From Candidatus Altimarinota bacterium (lineage in GTDB: Bacteria; Patescibacteriota; Gracilibacteria; BD1-5; JAGOOR01): DNA of 39,001 nt. The notes under the pieces are model-generated. The model did no database searches, was not told the origin of the DNA, and was given only the letters and a program-made list of their open reading frames with translations. Made by a program: the position numbers and the translations under genes. Each line of letters begins with the position of its first letter. The stretch's first letter is position 1. Below are positions 19,847 through 30,130 of the stretch, piece after piece. Location of the stretch: NCBI GenBank assembly GCA_041308705.1, contig JBFZBA010000061.1, positions 1 to 39,001 of the forward strand, written 5' to 3'.

Positions 19847-20161
19847 ATGTCACGCGTTATAGAACTCAATCACCAGAACTTCGAAAAAGAAGTCTCAATT
19901 GGTGTTACGCTCGTCGATTTCTGGGCACCTTGGTGCGGGCCATGCCAGATGATGCTCCCAAATCTCGCTGAGTTTGCAGAGAAAGCATCTGGAGTAAAAG
20001 TTGCCAAAGTAAATGTCGATCAAAATATGGATCTCGCTCAACGATTTCGTATTATGGGTATACCAACACTCATAGTCTTTAAGGACGGCCAAATCATGGC
20101 ACAAACCTCTGGAGTTCACAATGCAAGTCAACTCACGGAACTCACGAAAAAATACATCTAA
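19847..20161 (+). CDS. trxA: Thioredoxin
   Basis: VDFWAPWCGPCQMMLP, with GIPTLIVFKDG downstream. Confidence 0.93.
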   Translation: MSRVIELNHQNFEKEVSIGVTLVDFWAPWCGPCQMMLPNLAEFAEKASGVKVAKVNVDQNMDLAQRFRIMGIPTLIVFKDGQIMAQTSGVHNASQLTELTKKYI

Positions 20162-20174
20162 TTTTTAAAAAATA

Positions 20175-20201
20175 AAAGACCTCCTAAATTGGGAGGTCTT
20201 T
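20175..20201. terminator. Bidirectional intrinsic terminator between convergent genes
   Basis: AAAGACCTCC-taaattg-GGAGGTCTTT, flanked by A-runs upstream and T-runs downstream. Confidence 0.7.
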
Positions 20202-20218
20202 TAAATAAGTATACCAAA

Positions 20219-20554
20219 TTAATCTTTCATGACGCCGAGAAATGACTGAATAATGGCGAGGACAAGAGCAAATATTGCTGCGGCCCAAAAACCATTGGTA
20301 CTAAATCCGTTGATGAAATTATCAACCAGAAGGACCATCAGGACATTTATCACGAGTGAGACGAGACCGAGAGTGAGCCAGTTGAGAGGTGCTGTCAGCA
20401 TCTTCAAGAGGAGACCTATGGTCGCATTAACGAGGCCGAGGACGAGAGCCACGATGAGGGCTGTCATAAAACCATTGAGCTCGACACCTGGAACCAGATA
20501 CGCAGCAGCAAAAACAGCTACAGCCGATAACAAGATTGATACGAGAAACTTCAT
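20219..20554 (-). CDS. Phage-holin-4_2 / YvlD-family small membrane protein
   Basis: 111 aa with 4 TM segments. Motifs AAAYLVPGVELNGF and INVLMVLLVDNFI. Confidence 0.7.
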   Translation of the reverse strand: MKFLVSILLSAVAVFAAAYLVPGVELNGFMTALIVALVLGLVNATIGLLLKMLTAPLNWLTLGLVSLVINVLMVLLVDNFINGFSTNGFWAAAIFALVLAIIQSFLGVMKD

Positions 20555-20654
20555 AATTAAAAAGGCTAAGAAGTAAGAGAGAACAGTATAGAGGAGAAGT
20601 CATTTTCTCACAAAAGAAAGCTTGCATCAGATATTTTCCCAATACAATCCCTCT

Positions 20655-21878
20655 ATGCAAAACGAAAAAACACTCCTCTACGCTCAAGCTCTAGAAGCAT
20701 TCAAAAACATATCTCTCACAACTCGTGAAGAGAAAAAAGCGATACCAGAAAACTATATAGTCGCAACCCATGGACCAGCTCTCGCAAAAGTCCTCTGTGA
20801 TACCCCAGAGACGCTCAATATGATAGGTATATACCGGGTCAATTGTTCACATATTGGCAAAGAATCAGATCTAAATGCCCTCGCAGAATATCTCAGAATG
20901 ATTCATAAATTCGTCCCTATTCTGATAGATCTCCAGTGACCAAAACCTCGTATTCACGAGATGGGACTAGAGGGTGATATCATAGTACAGATCGGAGAAA
21001 TGCTCGAGGTCACATATGCGCCAGCGACTTCAGAAGAGCGATTTTGTGAACCAGGTAAGCTCCGTGTCTGTTTTCCACAAATTATCGAAGTCATGCAGGT
21101 AGGTGATGTCGTGATATTCGATGATGGTAAGATGTCTGCCACAGTCCGAGAAAAGTCAGAAGACAGAGCTGTCATAGAATGCACAGAAATCCTCTCAGGA
21201 AGTAATAGTTTTGTCCTGGGTGGTCGCAAATGAATATGCGTCCGCAATCGTCCTCTTGGTATTGAGTGTATCACAGAACATGACAGAAAAAGCATCGAAT
21301 TTGCTCGAGATATTCTCGGATTTGATTTTGTCGACAATATCATGGTCTCCTATTTCAGCACTCCAGCTGATATAGATAATTTCATACGGATCATGCGTGA
21401 CGAATACCACTATACTGGCAATCTCTGAGGAAAATTTGAGACACCTTATGCAGTGCTCAATGCTGAGGAAATACTCTCCAAAAATGAGCTCACTCTCGCC
21501 ATGCTCGGTCGAGGTGATCTCCGTGTTGAGATGGACCCACGAGCTGTAGTAAACATGCACGATATACAAGCACATTTCTTTGATTCATGCAAGAAACACG
21601 GTGTCGAATCTATCTGTGCAACAGGATTTCTCGAGAGCATGCTCACACCAGAAGGCACAGTCACGCCAGAAGAAATATACGATATGGAAACATCAATGAC
21701 TACATGACCCGATCATCTCATGCTCTCAGGGGAATCAACCTACGGCGCACAAGCGCGAGAATCAATAGAGCTCGAGTGTAACTATCAGAGGAAAATGCTC
21801 GAGAAACTCCAAAGCTGAGTAGTCTCATACAGAGATACTCCCACTCTAGAACTCCGAGAACTTCTCTATATACTCTAG
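20655..21878 (+). CDS. pyk: Pyruvate kinase-like enzyme lacking the C-terminal regulatory domain
   Basis: RVNCSHI, IDLQGPKPRI (Gly = TGA 20937-20939), GGKFETPYAV, MLGRGDLRVE, ATGFLESML, MLSGESTYG. It ends about 40 aa after the last motif at TAG 21876-21878. The start is ambiguous (TTG 20622 or ATG 20655). Confidence 0.7.
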
Positions 21879-21880
21879 TC

Positions 21881-23248
21881 ATGTTTGACTCTCGCCGTAT
21901 ACACAATCTCAATAATGCCCACTACGAGGGTGGCCCTATTCTCTATTGGTCAGAGTGAGCACTCCGTACAGAATGGAACTGTGGACTGGCCTACGCGAGC
22001 GAACATACACATCAAAAAAAAGAAAAACTCATCCCTCTGATTACAATAGACAGTCACTACCAACACGAAAACATTCGTCAGCTTGTTTTTCTCATAGAAT
22101 CTATCACAGAACTGGCAGAATCATACAAAAATAAAGGTCTCACGCTCTCTGTCGCCTATGGGAAAACGAGAGATATACTAGCACAAATAATTGAAAAAGA
22201 ATCTGTTGGAATGATTGTCGCGAGTGCGAGCTATGTGCGATATTTTCAGGACATACTGGAGGACTTCGGTAAAACTCTCAATATACCAGTAGTGATAATC
22301 GATGATGCGAGTCTCTTGCCTCCATGGATAGTGAGTGACCATGTGGAATATGGCGCCTATACCCTCAGAAAGAAATACTGGAATACCGTAACAATGCTGA
22401 CTCCAGAAAAAAATATCTCTCCCGAAAAAGTCGAATGCATACAAACTCACAATGACCTATGAAAAGTAGTCAAATCATCATGGTATCAAGGCTATTTCTC
22501 TGAGCTCTCAGAGATAAGCTGTGGACATACAAATAAATTTATCGGAGGAGAATCACATGCTCAGAAACGCTGGAATACTTTTAAAACAGAAAAACTCGCT
22601 CACTATGATACCGCGCGAAATAATCCAAACGAAGAGAACACTTCCCTGCTTTCTCCCTATCTGCATTTTGGATGTATATCGCCCTTGCAAATCTATCATG
22701 AATTACAGTCACATGAGAAGAATCCAAGTATTCTCGCCTTCCTCGAAGAATGCTTCGTGCGAAGGGAGCTTGCTATCAATATGTGGCACTACGAGAAACA
22801 TCCAGACCAGTGGAATTGCCTCCCTGACTGGGTCATAAAAACCCTCAACGAAGACAGGGAAAAGCAGATTTCCCTCTTACCACAAGATGAATACTCTCTG
22901 GAGGATCTCAAAAATGGAAAAACACAGGACCCACTCTGGAATGCTGCACAACATGAGCTCGTTCGTACCTGAAAAATACACGGCTATGTCCGCATGTACT
23001 GGGGCAAGCAACTCCTGCGATGGTTTTGAGACTGGAAAAAAGCCTATGGAATCGGTGTCTATCTCAACGATACCTATGCCGTCGATGGATGCAGTCCAAA
23101 TGGATACACGGGAGTAGCCTGGTGCTTTGGGAAGCACGATAGGCCCTTTCCTCCTAGGAAAACACACTACTGACTCGTGCGATCTATGACATTTGGAGGG
23201 ATGAAGAAAAAATTTGATATCGAAAAGTACATACAGCAGTGGCAATAA
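21881..23248 (+). CDS. Deoxyribodipyrimidine photolyase, class II CPD type
   Basis: One frame with 6 TGA = Gly. Motifs [60 protein letters not shown] and [10 protein letters not shown]. Confidence 0.85.
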
Positions 23249-23312
23249 GTTGCTTTCTGAGGGTTTTTTTATATGATTCGGACAAATTTTTCACCTTATT
23301 AGTCCCCTCACT

Positions 23313-25973
23313 ATGTCTCTCCTTACTCGCCTCTTTGGTGACCCAACAATAGTCATACTCCACGGATATCAGAAAGACCTCATAAAAATCAAAAAAATCG
23401 AGGAAGAATACCAGAAAACAATCGATAATCTCGGTGCTGTGAAGTCAAAAACAGCGGAATTCAAGTCACGATTTGAGCCAATTCGTCTCGCGTTTATCAC
23501 AGAAAAAGACCGAATCAATAATGATGTAGTCCTTGGTCTCGCAGAAAAAGCAGAAGCACACGAAAAAAATAAAAAAACATATATCCAGTCTCGTGAGGCC
23601 ATGGTACAAAATATCCGTTTTGAAGCACTTGCATTACATCGAAGAGCAAGTGAACTGATTTTCGGGCAAGAATTCACACTCTCAGATGGGTCACAGACAG
23701 TGTGGAACATGATACCATTTGATGTCCAGCTCCTTGGTGCCCTCACACTCAATGGTGGAAATATACCAGAAATGCGTACAGGTGAAGGTAAAACACTCGT
23801 GGCAACTCTCGCAGCCTATCTCAATGCCCTCTCAGGTGACCCTGTCCATGTCGTCACAGTCAATGAATACCTCTCTCGTCGTGACGCAGGAGAGATGAGT
23901 ATCATCTATGGTGCACTGGGCCTCACAACAGGTGTGGTGCTCAATAGCCAGCCACGCGATGAAAAGAGAAAAAACTATAACTGTGATATCGTTTATGTGA
24001 CCAATACAGAGCTTGGATTCGACTATCTCCGTGATAATATGGCACCATCTGTGGCTGATCAGGTCATGTCTCGCCGTGCCTTTGCCATCATCGATGAGGT
24101 GGATTCGATTCTCGTGGATGAAGCTCGTACACCGCTCATCATATCATCCCCTGACAATGAGCCTACTTCGAAATATCTCAAGTTTGCACAAATGGCAAAT
24201 AAGCTCTCACATCCAGAGCACTACACAGTCGATGAAAAGACAAAAACAGTCGCGCTCACAGAAGAAGGTATCGAGAGAATAGAGAAATCTCTGGGGATAG
24301 AAAACATATTTGTCTCAGACCACTACAATGATCTCCATCACATAGAAAATGCTCTCCGTGCAAAAGCATGCTACATACGCGACATCGACTACCTCGTTCG
24401 AGGTCAGGATATCATGATTATCGACGAACACACTGGTCGTGTCATGGAAGGGAGGAGATTTAGTAATGGTCTCCATCAAGCACTCGAAGCAAAAGAAAAT
24501 GTCACAATTCAACGAGAAAGTAAGACTCTTGCAAATATCACTTACCAGAACTTTTTCCGCCTCTATGAGAAACTCTCGGGCATGACTGGTACAGCAAAAA
24601 CAGAAGAGGAAGAGTTCCAAAAAATCTACGGTCTCAGTGTCGTACAGATACCTACGAACAAGCCTCTGATTCGTGATGATCGTGCTGATCTGCTGTTCAA
24701 AAATGAAAAAGGGAAATTTGATTACATCGTCGGTGTTATTGAAAAAATCCACGCAACTGGACAGCCTATTCTCGTCGGTACGGTCTCCGTCGCAAAGTCC
24801 GAGCTTCTCTCTGACATGCTCACAAAGAAAGGCATCAAACACGAAGTCCTCAATGCAAAACAAGATGCTCGTGAGGCTGAGATAGTCGGGAAAGCTGGTC
24901 AAAAAGGTGCTATCACGATAGCTACCAATATGGCAGGTCGAGGTACAGATATCAAGCTGGGCGAATGAGTCGCAGAGCTGGGTGGCCTCGCGATACTCGG
25001 TACAGAAAAACACGAAACTCGTCGTATCGACAATCAGCTCCGAGGTCGTTCGGGACGTCAGGGTGATCCTGGTATGAGTCAATTTCTTGTATCTCCGAGT
25101 GATGATATCATGCGTATATTTGGTGGAGATAAGCTCTTCTCAATGTTCAATTCACCATTTTTTGCAAGCCTCCCTGAAAACGAACCACTCATACAAAGCC
25201 GGACTCTGACAAAGAGAATTACTGCAATCCAAAAACAGGTTGAAGGGCGACATTTTGACATGCGAAAACATGTCCTCGAATATGATGATGTCATGAACCA
25301 ACACCGTCTCATCGTCTACGGTCGTCGACAGAAAATGCTCGAAGATTTCGCAAAAAATGACGATAGTGGCTCTGATATAGACCTCCAAATTGAAAAAATA
25401 TTCCGAGATGAAGCTGAAAGAATAGTTATGCGGCATCAGGACGAGGAACAGAAAGTCGATACAGAGAATCTCTCTGCGAGTCTGAGTGATATTCTCAAAA
25501 ACACTGTGACTCTTCAGAGTAGTGATTTTGATGAAGTGAGAGACGAAGTATTTTCTCTCTGGTCAGAGAAGCTCAGAGAAGTACAAAAACTCTTTGCAGG
25601 GAGAAATTTTGACCAATTTCAGAGAGAGATATATCTTGCAGCAATCGATCAGTTGTGGATGGAGCACATAGAAAAAATGGCAAATCTCCGAGAAGATGTC
25701 GCGTTTGAAGGATATAATCAGAAACAACCTCTTCTCGTGTACCAAGAGCGTGCGTATGAATTTTTCATCCAGATGATGGATGAAGTAAATTATCGCGTTG
25801 TTCGAGGTATCCTCTCAGCAAAAGGAAACACTCAGGTACAACAAGTAGAAATCAATCTCGATAACCTGCAACAAATAGGCGCAGCTCCAACATCAGGTGG
25901 GCACCCACTTTTTCGTCAAAAGTGACCACCTAATGAGGATGAAGAAGGTATCAAGGTGATACGAATAAAATAA
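23313..25973 (+). CDS. secA: Preprotein translocase ATPase SecA
   Basis: [68 protein letters not shown] (TGA 24966-24968), RGRSGRQGDPG. It extends through TGA 25923-25925 to TAA 25971-25973. Confidence 0.95.
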
Positions 25974-26057
25974 ATATAGTATAAGTCAATATTCTTCCTT
26001 CTCTTCTATGGTGGAGAGAAGTTGGTAAACGTGGAACAAATGTAGTACTATGAGGTT

Positions 26058-27572
26058 ATGGAAATAACCCAAAATAGTATATCTCACGAGGATGGTCTCC
26101 TCATCCTGACCTGTCTCGGCACACTCGATGAAAAAACCTCTCCCGCTATATTCGGAAGTGTACTCAAATACGCCAAAGAGGCGCCACAAGTAGCCGTATT
26201 TGACCTCAGTCGTGTCGAGTGAATCAAGACAGATTTCATTACGGGTATCCTGGAAGTAACCAAATACCTCCAAAACAATGGCGGTACAACAATTATTATT
26301 CCGGGAAAACTGGGCGACTTATTGGAGATAACAGGTATCAAACAAGCAGTACATATTTCTCAAAGTATGGACGAGGCAAAGGCGTACGCCCGAGAACGTT
26401 TTCCTCAGGTTATTAATTTCGTACGAGACAAACAGCAGCAACAAGATATCTCCCATGTAACTGAATGAGAAAATGTAGACCCTATATCTTGGAAATTTTT
26501 TGATGATGAAGAAAAAAAGCAGCTCAACATAGAAAATATCCTCAAATATGCCGTGGCAGCAAAAGCATCTGATGTACATCTAGCTACAGAAAAACCCATC
26601 ACTGTCAGAATCGAATGAGTCCTCATCAAGATAGATCACGAGCCATCACTTTCTCGCGAACACATGGATCAGGTGAAGAATAAAATACTCCAAAAGCATC
26701 CAGATATACTCGAAAAACTCGAGAAAGCCCACGATGCAGACTTTGGGTATGTGTCAGAAAGTGACGGAATATCTTTTCGTGTCAATGGAGCATGGGCACT
26801 CGAAAATCTCAACTTCACTTTCCGCAGAATAGAACAAAATGCCAAGACACTTCAGGAGCTCGATTTACCTCAAGCGATAGACCGATTTATTAATGCAAAA
26901 CAGGGACTCGTGCTCATCACAGGACCAACAGGATCAGGTAAATCAACGACACTCGTCGCAATGCTCGAGGAGATAAATAAGACTCGTGGTGAAAATATCA
27001 TCACCATTGAAGATCCTATAGAATTTATATTCAAAGATAAAAAATCTATTTTTTCTCAGAGAGAAGTGGGTCGAGATACTTCTTCTTTTGTCTCAGCAAT
27101 TCGAGCCTCAATGCGAGAAGACCCAAATGTCGTCATGATTGGCGAAATGCGTGATCCAGATACAGTAGAGGCAGCCCTCAATCTGGCAGAAACAGGTCAC
27201 CTCGTCTTCTCAACACTCCATACATCTGGTAGCGTACAGACGATTAGCCGTATAGCTCAATTTTTCAGCCCAGAACAACAGAGACAGATATATACGAGAC
27301 TCGCGGATAGTCTCCTAGGGGTACTCTCACAGAGACTCGTACTTCGGAGAGATGGGAGCAATAAAAGAACGGCCATATTTGAGCTCATGCTCGTGAATAG
27401 CGGAATAAAAAATCTCATCCGTTCTGGCGATCTCTCACAGATAGATAATGCTATCCAAATGGGGCGATCAGAGGGTATGATACCAATGTATATTCATGCT
27501 CAAGAACTTGAACAAAAATGAATCATACACCGAGAAGACTACGCAGGATTCTTTACTAATCAGGATATATAA
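26058..27572 (+). CDS. pilT: STAS (SpoIIAA-like anti-sigma-antagonist) domain fused to a PilT-type type IV pilus retraction ATPase, 504 aa
   Basis: I translated the frame codon by codon from ATG 26058 and found no TAA/TAG before ORF 26664-27521 (TGA at 26220, 26466, 26616, 27519). The N-terminus is LTCLGTLDEKTSPAIF...VAVFDLSRVEGIKTDFITGIL...IIIPGKLGDLLEITGI. The ATPase motifs are ITGPTGSGKSTT, IITIEDPIEF, MIGEMRD and TGHLVFSTLHT. Confidence 0.85.
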
Positions 27573-27578
27573 AAGCCT

Positions 27579-28556
27579 ATGGATTACTTTATAAAAAACA
27601 TCCGCCAATTTCTCCCACATATAGCATTTTGTGTACTATTGCTCATAATTAACACCTCCTGGGCAGCTGGTGTGACAGGTATAGGAAATGCCTCGAGCAC
27701 GACTCGGAACCTCGCGGATAACTCTCTCTTCCGCCCTGGTTCTGGAGATCTCGTATGAGCAGTTCGAAATGTCGCTCTCGATATCATCCGAGCTGTGCGT
27801 ATTATCCTGAATGGTATTGCTCTTCTCGCGATGCTCTATGTCGGATTTCTCTGGGTGAGCAGTATGGGCAATGAAGAAAAACGAAGTGACGGAACATATC
27901 GGATACTCCTCATTGTCATAGGGCTTTTCCTCATAAATGTCGCAGAGCTCCTCTACAATATCATTACTGGTAGTAGTTATCTGAGTAGTGGGTTTAGCCG
28001 TAAAGTATGATCGATATCAACGAGAGATCCAGGTGGAGAATTTAGCCAATCAGCACTTGAAACATGTAATTACTTTTTCTGCCCACAGAATTTCTGGGGA
28101 AATGGAAGCGTTATCGCTATAGTAAAATTCTTCGAAATGGCCATGATAGGTACTGCTGTCGTGATGTTTACCTGGGGATGATTCACTATGTTATTTGCAG
28201 GGAACAATGAAAATACATCAAAAACTGCAAAAATGAGACTGGTATATGGAGTGATTGCTCTCGTTGTCGTAGGATTTATAGAGTCTATCTATCGTGCTAT
28301 ATTTTTCTGAAGAAACCTCAATACCACAGGGCTCATGAGTGTGCTGGTAGCAATAGCAAATTTCTTCCTATTTATGGCAGGTCCCATCGCTATAGTCACC
28401 ATCATCATAGGATCATACTACTATATCACTGCAGCAGGAAATGAAGAACGAGCCGACAAAGGCAAAAAAATAATTCTCTATACATTTTTTGCCACTATAC
28501 TACTCATACTCTCATACACACTCCTCATAGAGCTGATATGACTTAATCTCTTCTAA
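27579..28556 (+). CDS. Polytopic membrane protein with three tandem VirB2/TrbC-like pilin modules, 325 aa
   Basis: ORFs 27795-28010 and 28335-28541 are in frame with ATG 27579. Only TGA interrupts the frame; I translated the junctions by hand. The helix-loop-helix module occurs three times, with loops SMGNEEKR (aa 95-102), AGNNENTSK (aa 207-215) and AGNEERADK (aa 286-294). Confidence 0.6.
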
Positions 28557-28559
28557 ACT

Positions 28560-29003
28560 ATGAAAAAAATATATATACTCATCGCAGCGCTCATTGCCAC
28601 ATCCGGCGTATTTGCGCAGTACCAGCAGGATAATCTCCCTCCAGGGCTCCTCGGTAAAAATCTAATGATTACTACCTACACTGCCAATCCAGATATAGAA
28701 AATAAAAACTGTATACTTATTTCATGACGAGGCCAAACAGCGAGATACAAGTGCTATATTTCAGCATCAAGTGGATTCATAGATTTCATCGCTAGTATAT
28801 ACAAATATATCTTCTTTATCAGTCTCGTCATAGGCGTTCTCCTCATGGTCATACTAGGCATAGGCATGTCTATCTCCGGAGTCGCAACCGAAGAAATCAA
28901 AAACAAGGCAAAAGCCAAAATCATGGACATACTGATTGGTCTCGTGGCTCTCGCTCTGGTCCCATGGATACTCAAGACTATAGCTCCGTTCTTCTTTAAA
29001 TAG
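28560..29003 (+). CDS. VirB2/TrbC-like pilin-like protein with signal peptide, 147 aa
   Basis: MKKIYILIAALIATSGVFAQ signal peptide. The C-terminal module is VLLMVILGIGMSISGVATEEIKNKAKAKIMDILIGLVALALV. One TGA codon. TAG at 29001-29003. Confidence 0.55.
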
Positions 29004-29004
29004 T

Positions 29005-29310
29005 CTACTCCGAATAATCCAAGACTACCTCATAGTGCTCAGCAGAGGCGGCATGTGATTCATGGAGCCCCCCGATACAAGCGAGAAATTGATCATCATC
29101 AGTTTCGATAAGTTTTTCTCCAAATCTATTTTGGACCAAGTGTTCTGCACCAGATTTTACACGGCATGCACAGGTGACGCACGCGCCAGCACGGCATGCA
29201 AAAGGCGAATCGATGCCCAGTTTTTCACATTGTTCTGTGATTGATATTTTTGAATCTCCGGTAAAAGTATGCCAGTTACCCGAGACATCTCTGAGTTTTA
29301 TAGTAATCAT
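29005..29310 (-). CDS. Plant-type [2Fe-2S] ferredoxin
   Basis: CRAGACVTCAC plus a downstream FLACIGG cysteine. The start is at MITIKL (29310) or 10 codons upstream (29340). Confidence 0.8.
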   Translation of the reverse strand: MITIKLRDVSGNWHTFTGDSKISITEQCEKLGIDSPFACRAGACVTCACRVKSGAEHLVQNRFGEKLIETDDDQFLACIGGLHESHAASAEHYEVVLDYSE

Positions 29311-29423
29311 AGTATGCCCAATAGTACAAATTTCTTGCATTTCGCAAGATTTTTATATCATGTCACCCGTTGGGAGTTCGCATTTGCGCAACGCTCGCAC
29401 CAATATTTCTTTATTTTTCTTTT

Positions 29424-30113
29424 ATGCCAAGAGGCAAAAAATACAACGCTGCCATCAAATTCATTGATGAGGGCAAGACATACAGTATCGAAGAAGCTAT
29501 CACGCTCCTCGAAAAAACCAATTTCGTGAAATTCGACCCAACAGTCGAGATTCATTTTAGACTCGGTATCAATCCCACACGAGCTGATCAGATGATCCGT
29601 ATGGGTATGACTCTACCCCACGGGACAGGGAAAGATATCAAAATTGCTGCTTTCACTGATGCAGGTGATGAAAAATCACTCATATCAGGTGGTGCACTCG
29701 TGGCTGGTGGTGATGATCTCATCTCAGGTATCGAATCTGGTTCTATTCCTACCAATTTTGACATCGCTATCGCTACACCAGCTATGATGCGCAAAATGGG
29801 TAAAATTGCTAAGGTTCTCGGACCAAAAGGGCTCATGCCAAATCCAAAGTCTGGAACAGTTGGTGATGATCTCACAGGTATTCTCAAAGAACTCAAAGGG
29901 GGTAAGTTCGAAGTAAAAAATGATAAACAAGGTGGAATCCACGGAGTATTTGGGAAGCTGTCATTTGGGTCAAAAAAGCTCACAGAAAATCTCGAAAATT
30001 TCATCCAGCATGTCAGAGAGGCTCGTCCGTCAGGACTCAAACCAACAGCTACTTTTATAGAGGCTGTCTATGTCTGTACCGCTATGGGGCCTTCTGTTCC
30101 TGTAAAAATCTAG
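29424..30113 (+). CDS. rplA: 50S ribosomal protein uL1
   Basis: MPRGKKYNAAIKFID..., VEIHFRLGINPTRADQMIRMGMTLPHGTGK, LGPKGLMPNPKSGTV. Confidence 0.93.
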   Translation: MPRGKKYNAAIKFIDEGKTYSIEEAITLLEKTNFVKFDPTVEIHFRLGINPTRADQMIRMGMTLPHGTGKDIKIAAFTDAGDEKSLISGGALVAGGDDLISGIESGSIPTNFDIAIATPAMMRKMGKIAKVLGPKGLMPNPKSGTVGDDLTGILKELKGGKFEVKNDKQGGIHGVFGKLSFGSKKLTENLENFIQHVREARPSGLKPTATFIEAVYVCTAMGPSVPVKI

Positions 30114-30130
30114 TCTACTTTTCTAGCAAA

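Noticed and set aside
24315-25082. 255-aa minus-strand ORF.
   Set aside because: It is antisense to secA and has no recognisable motifs.
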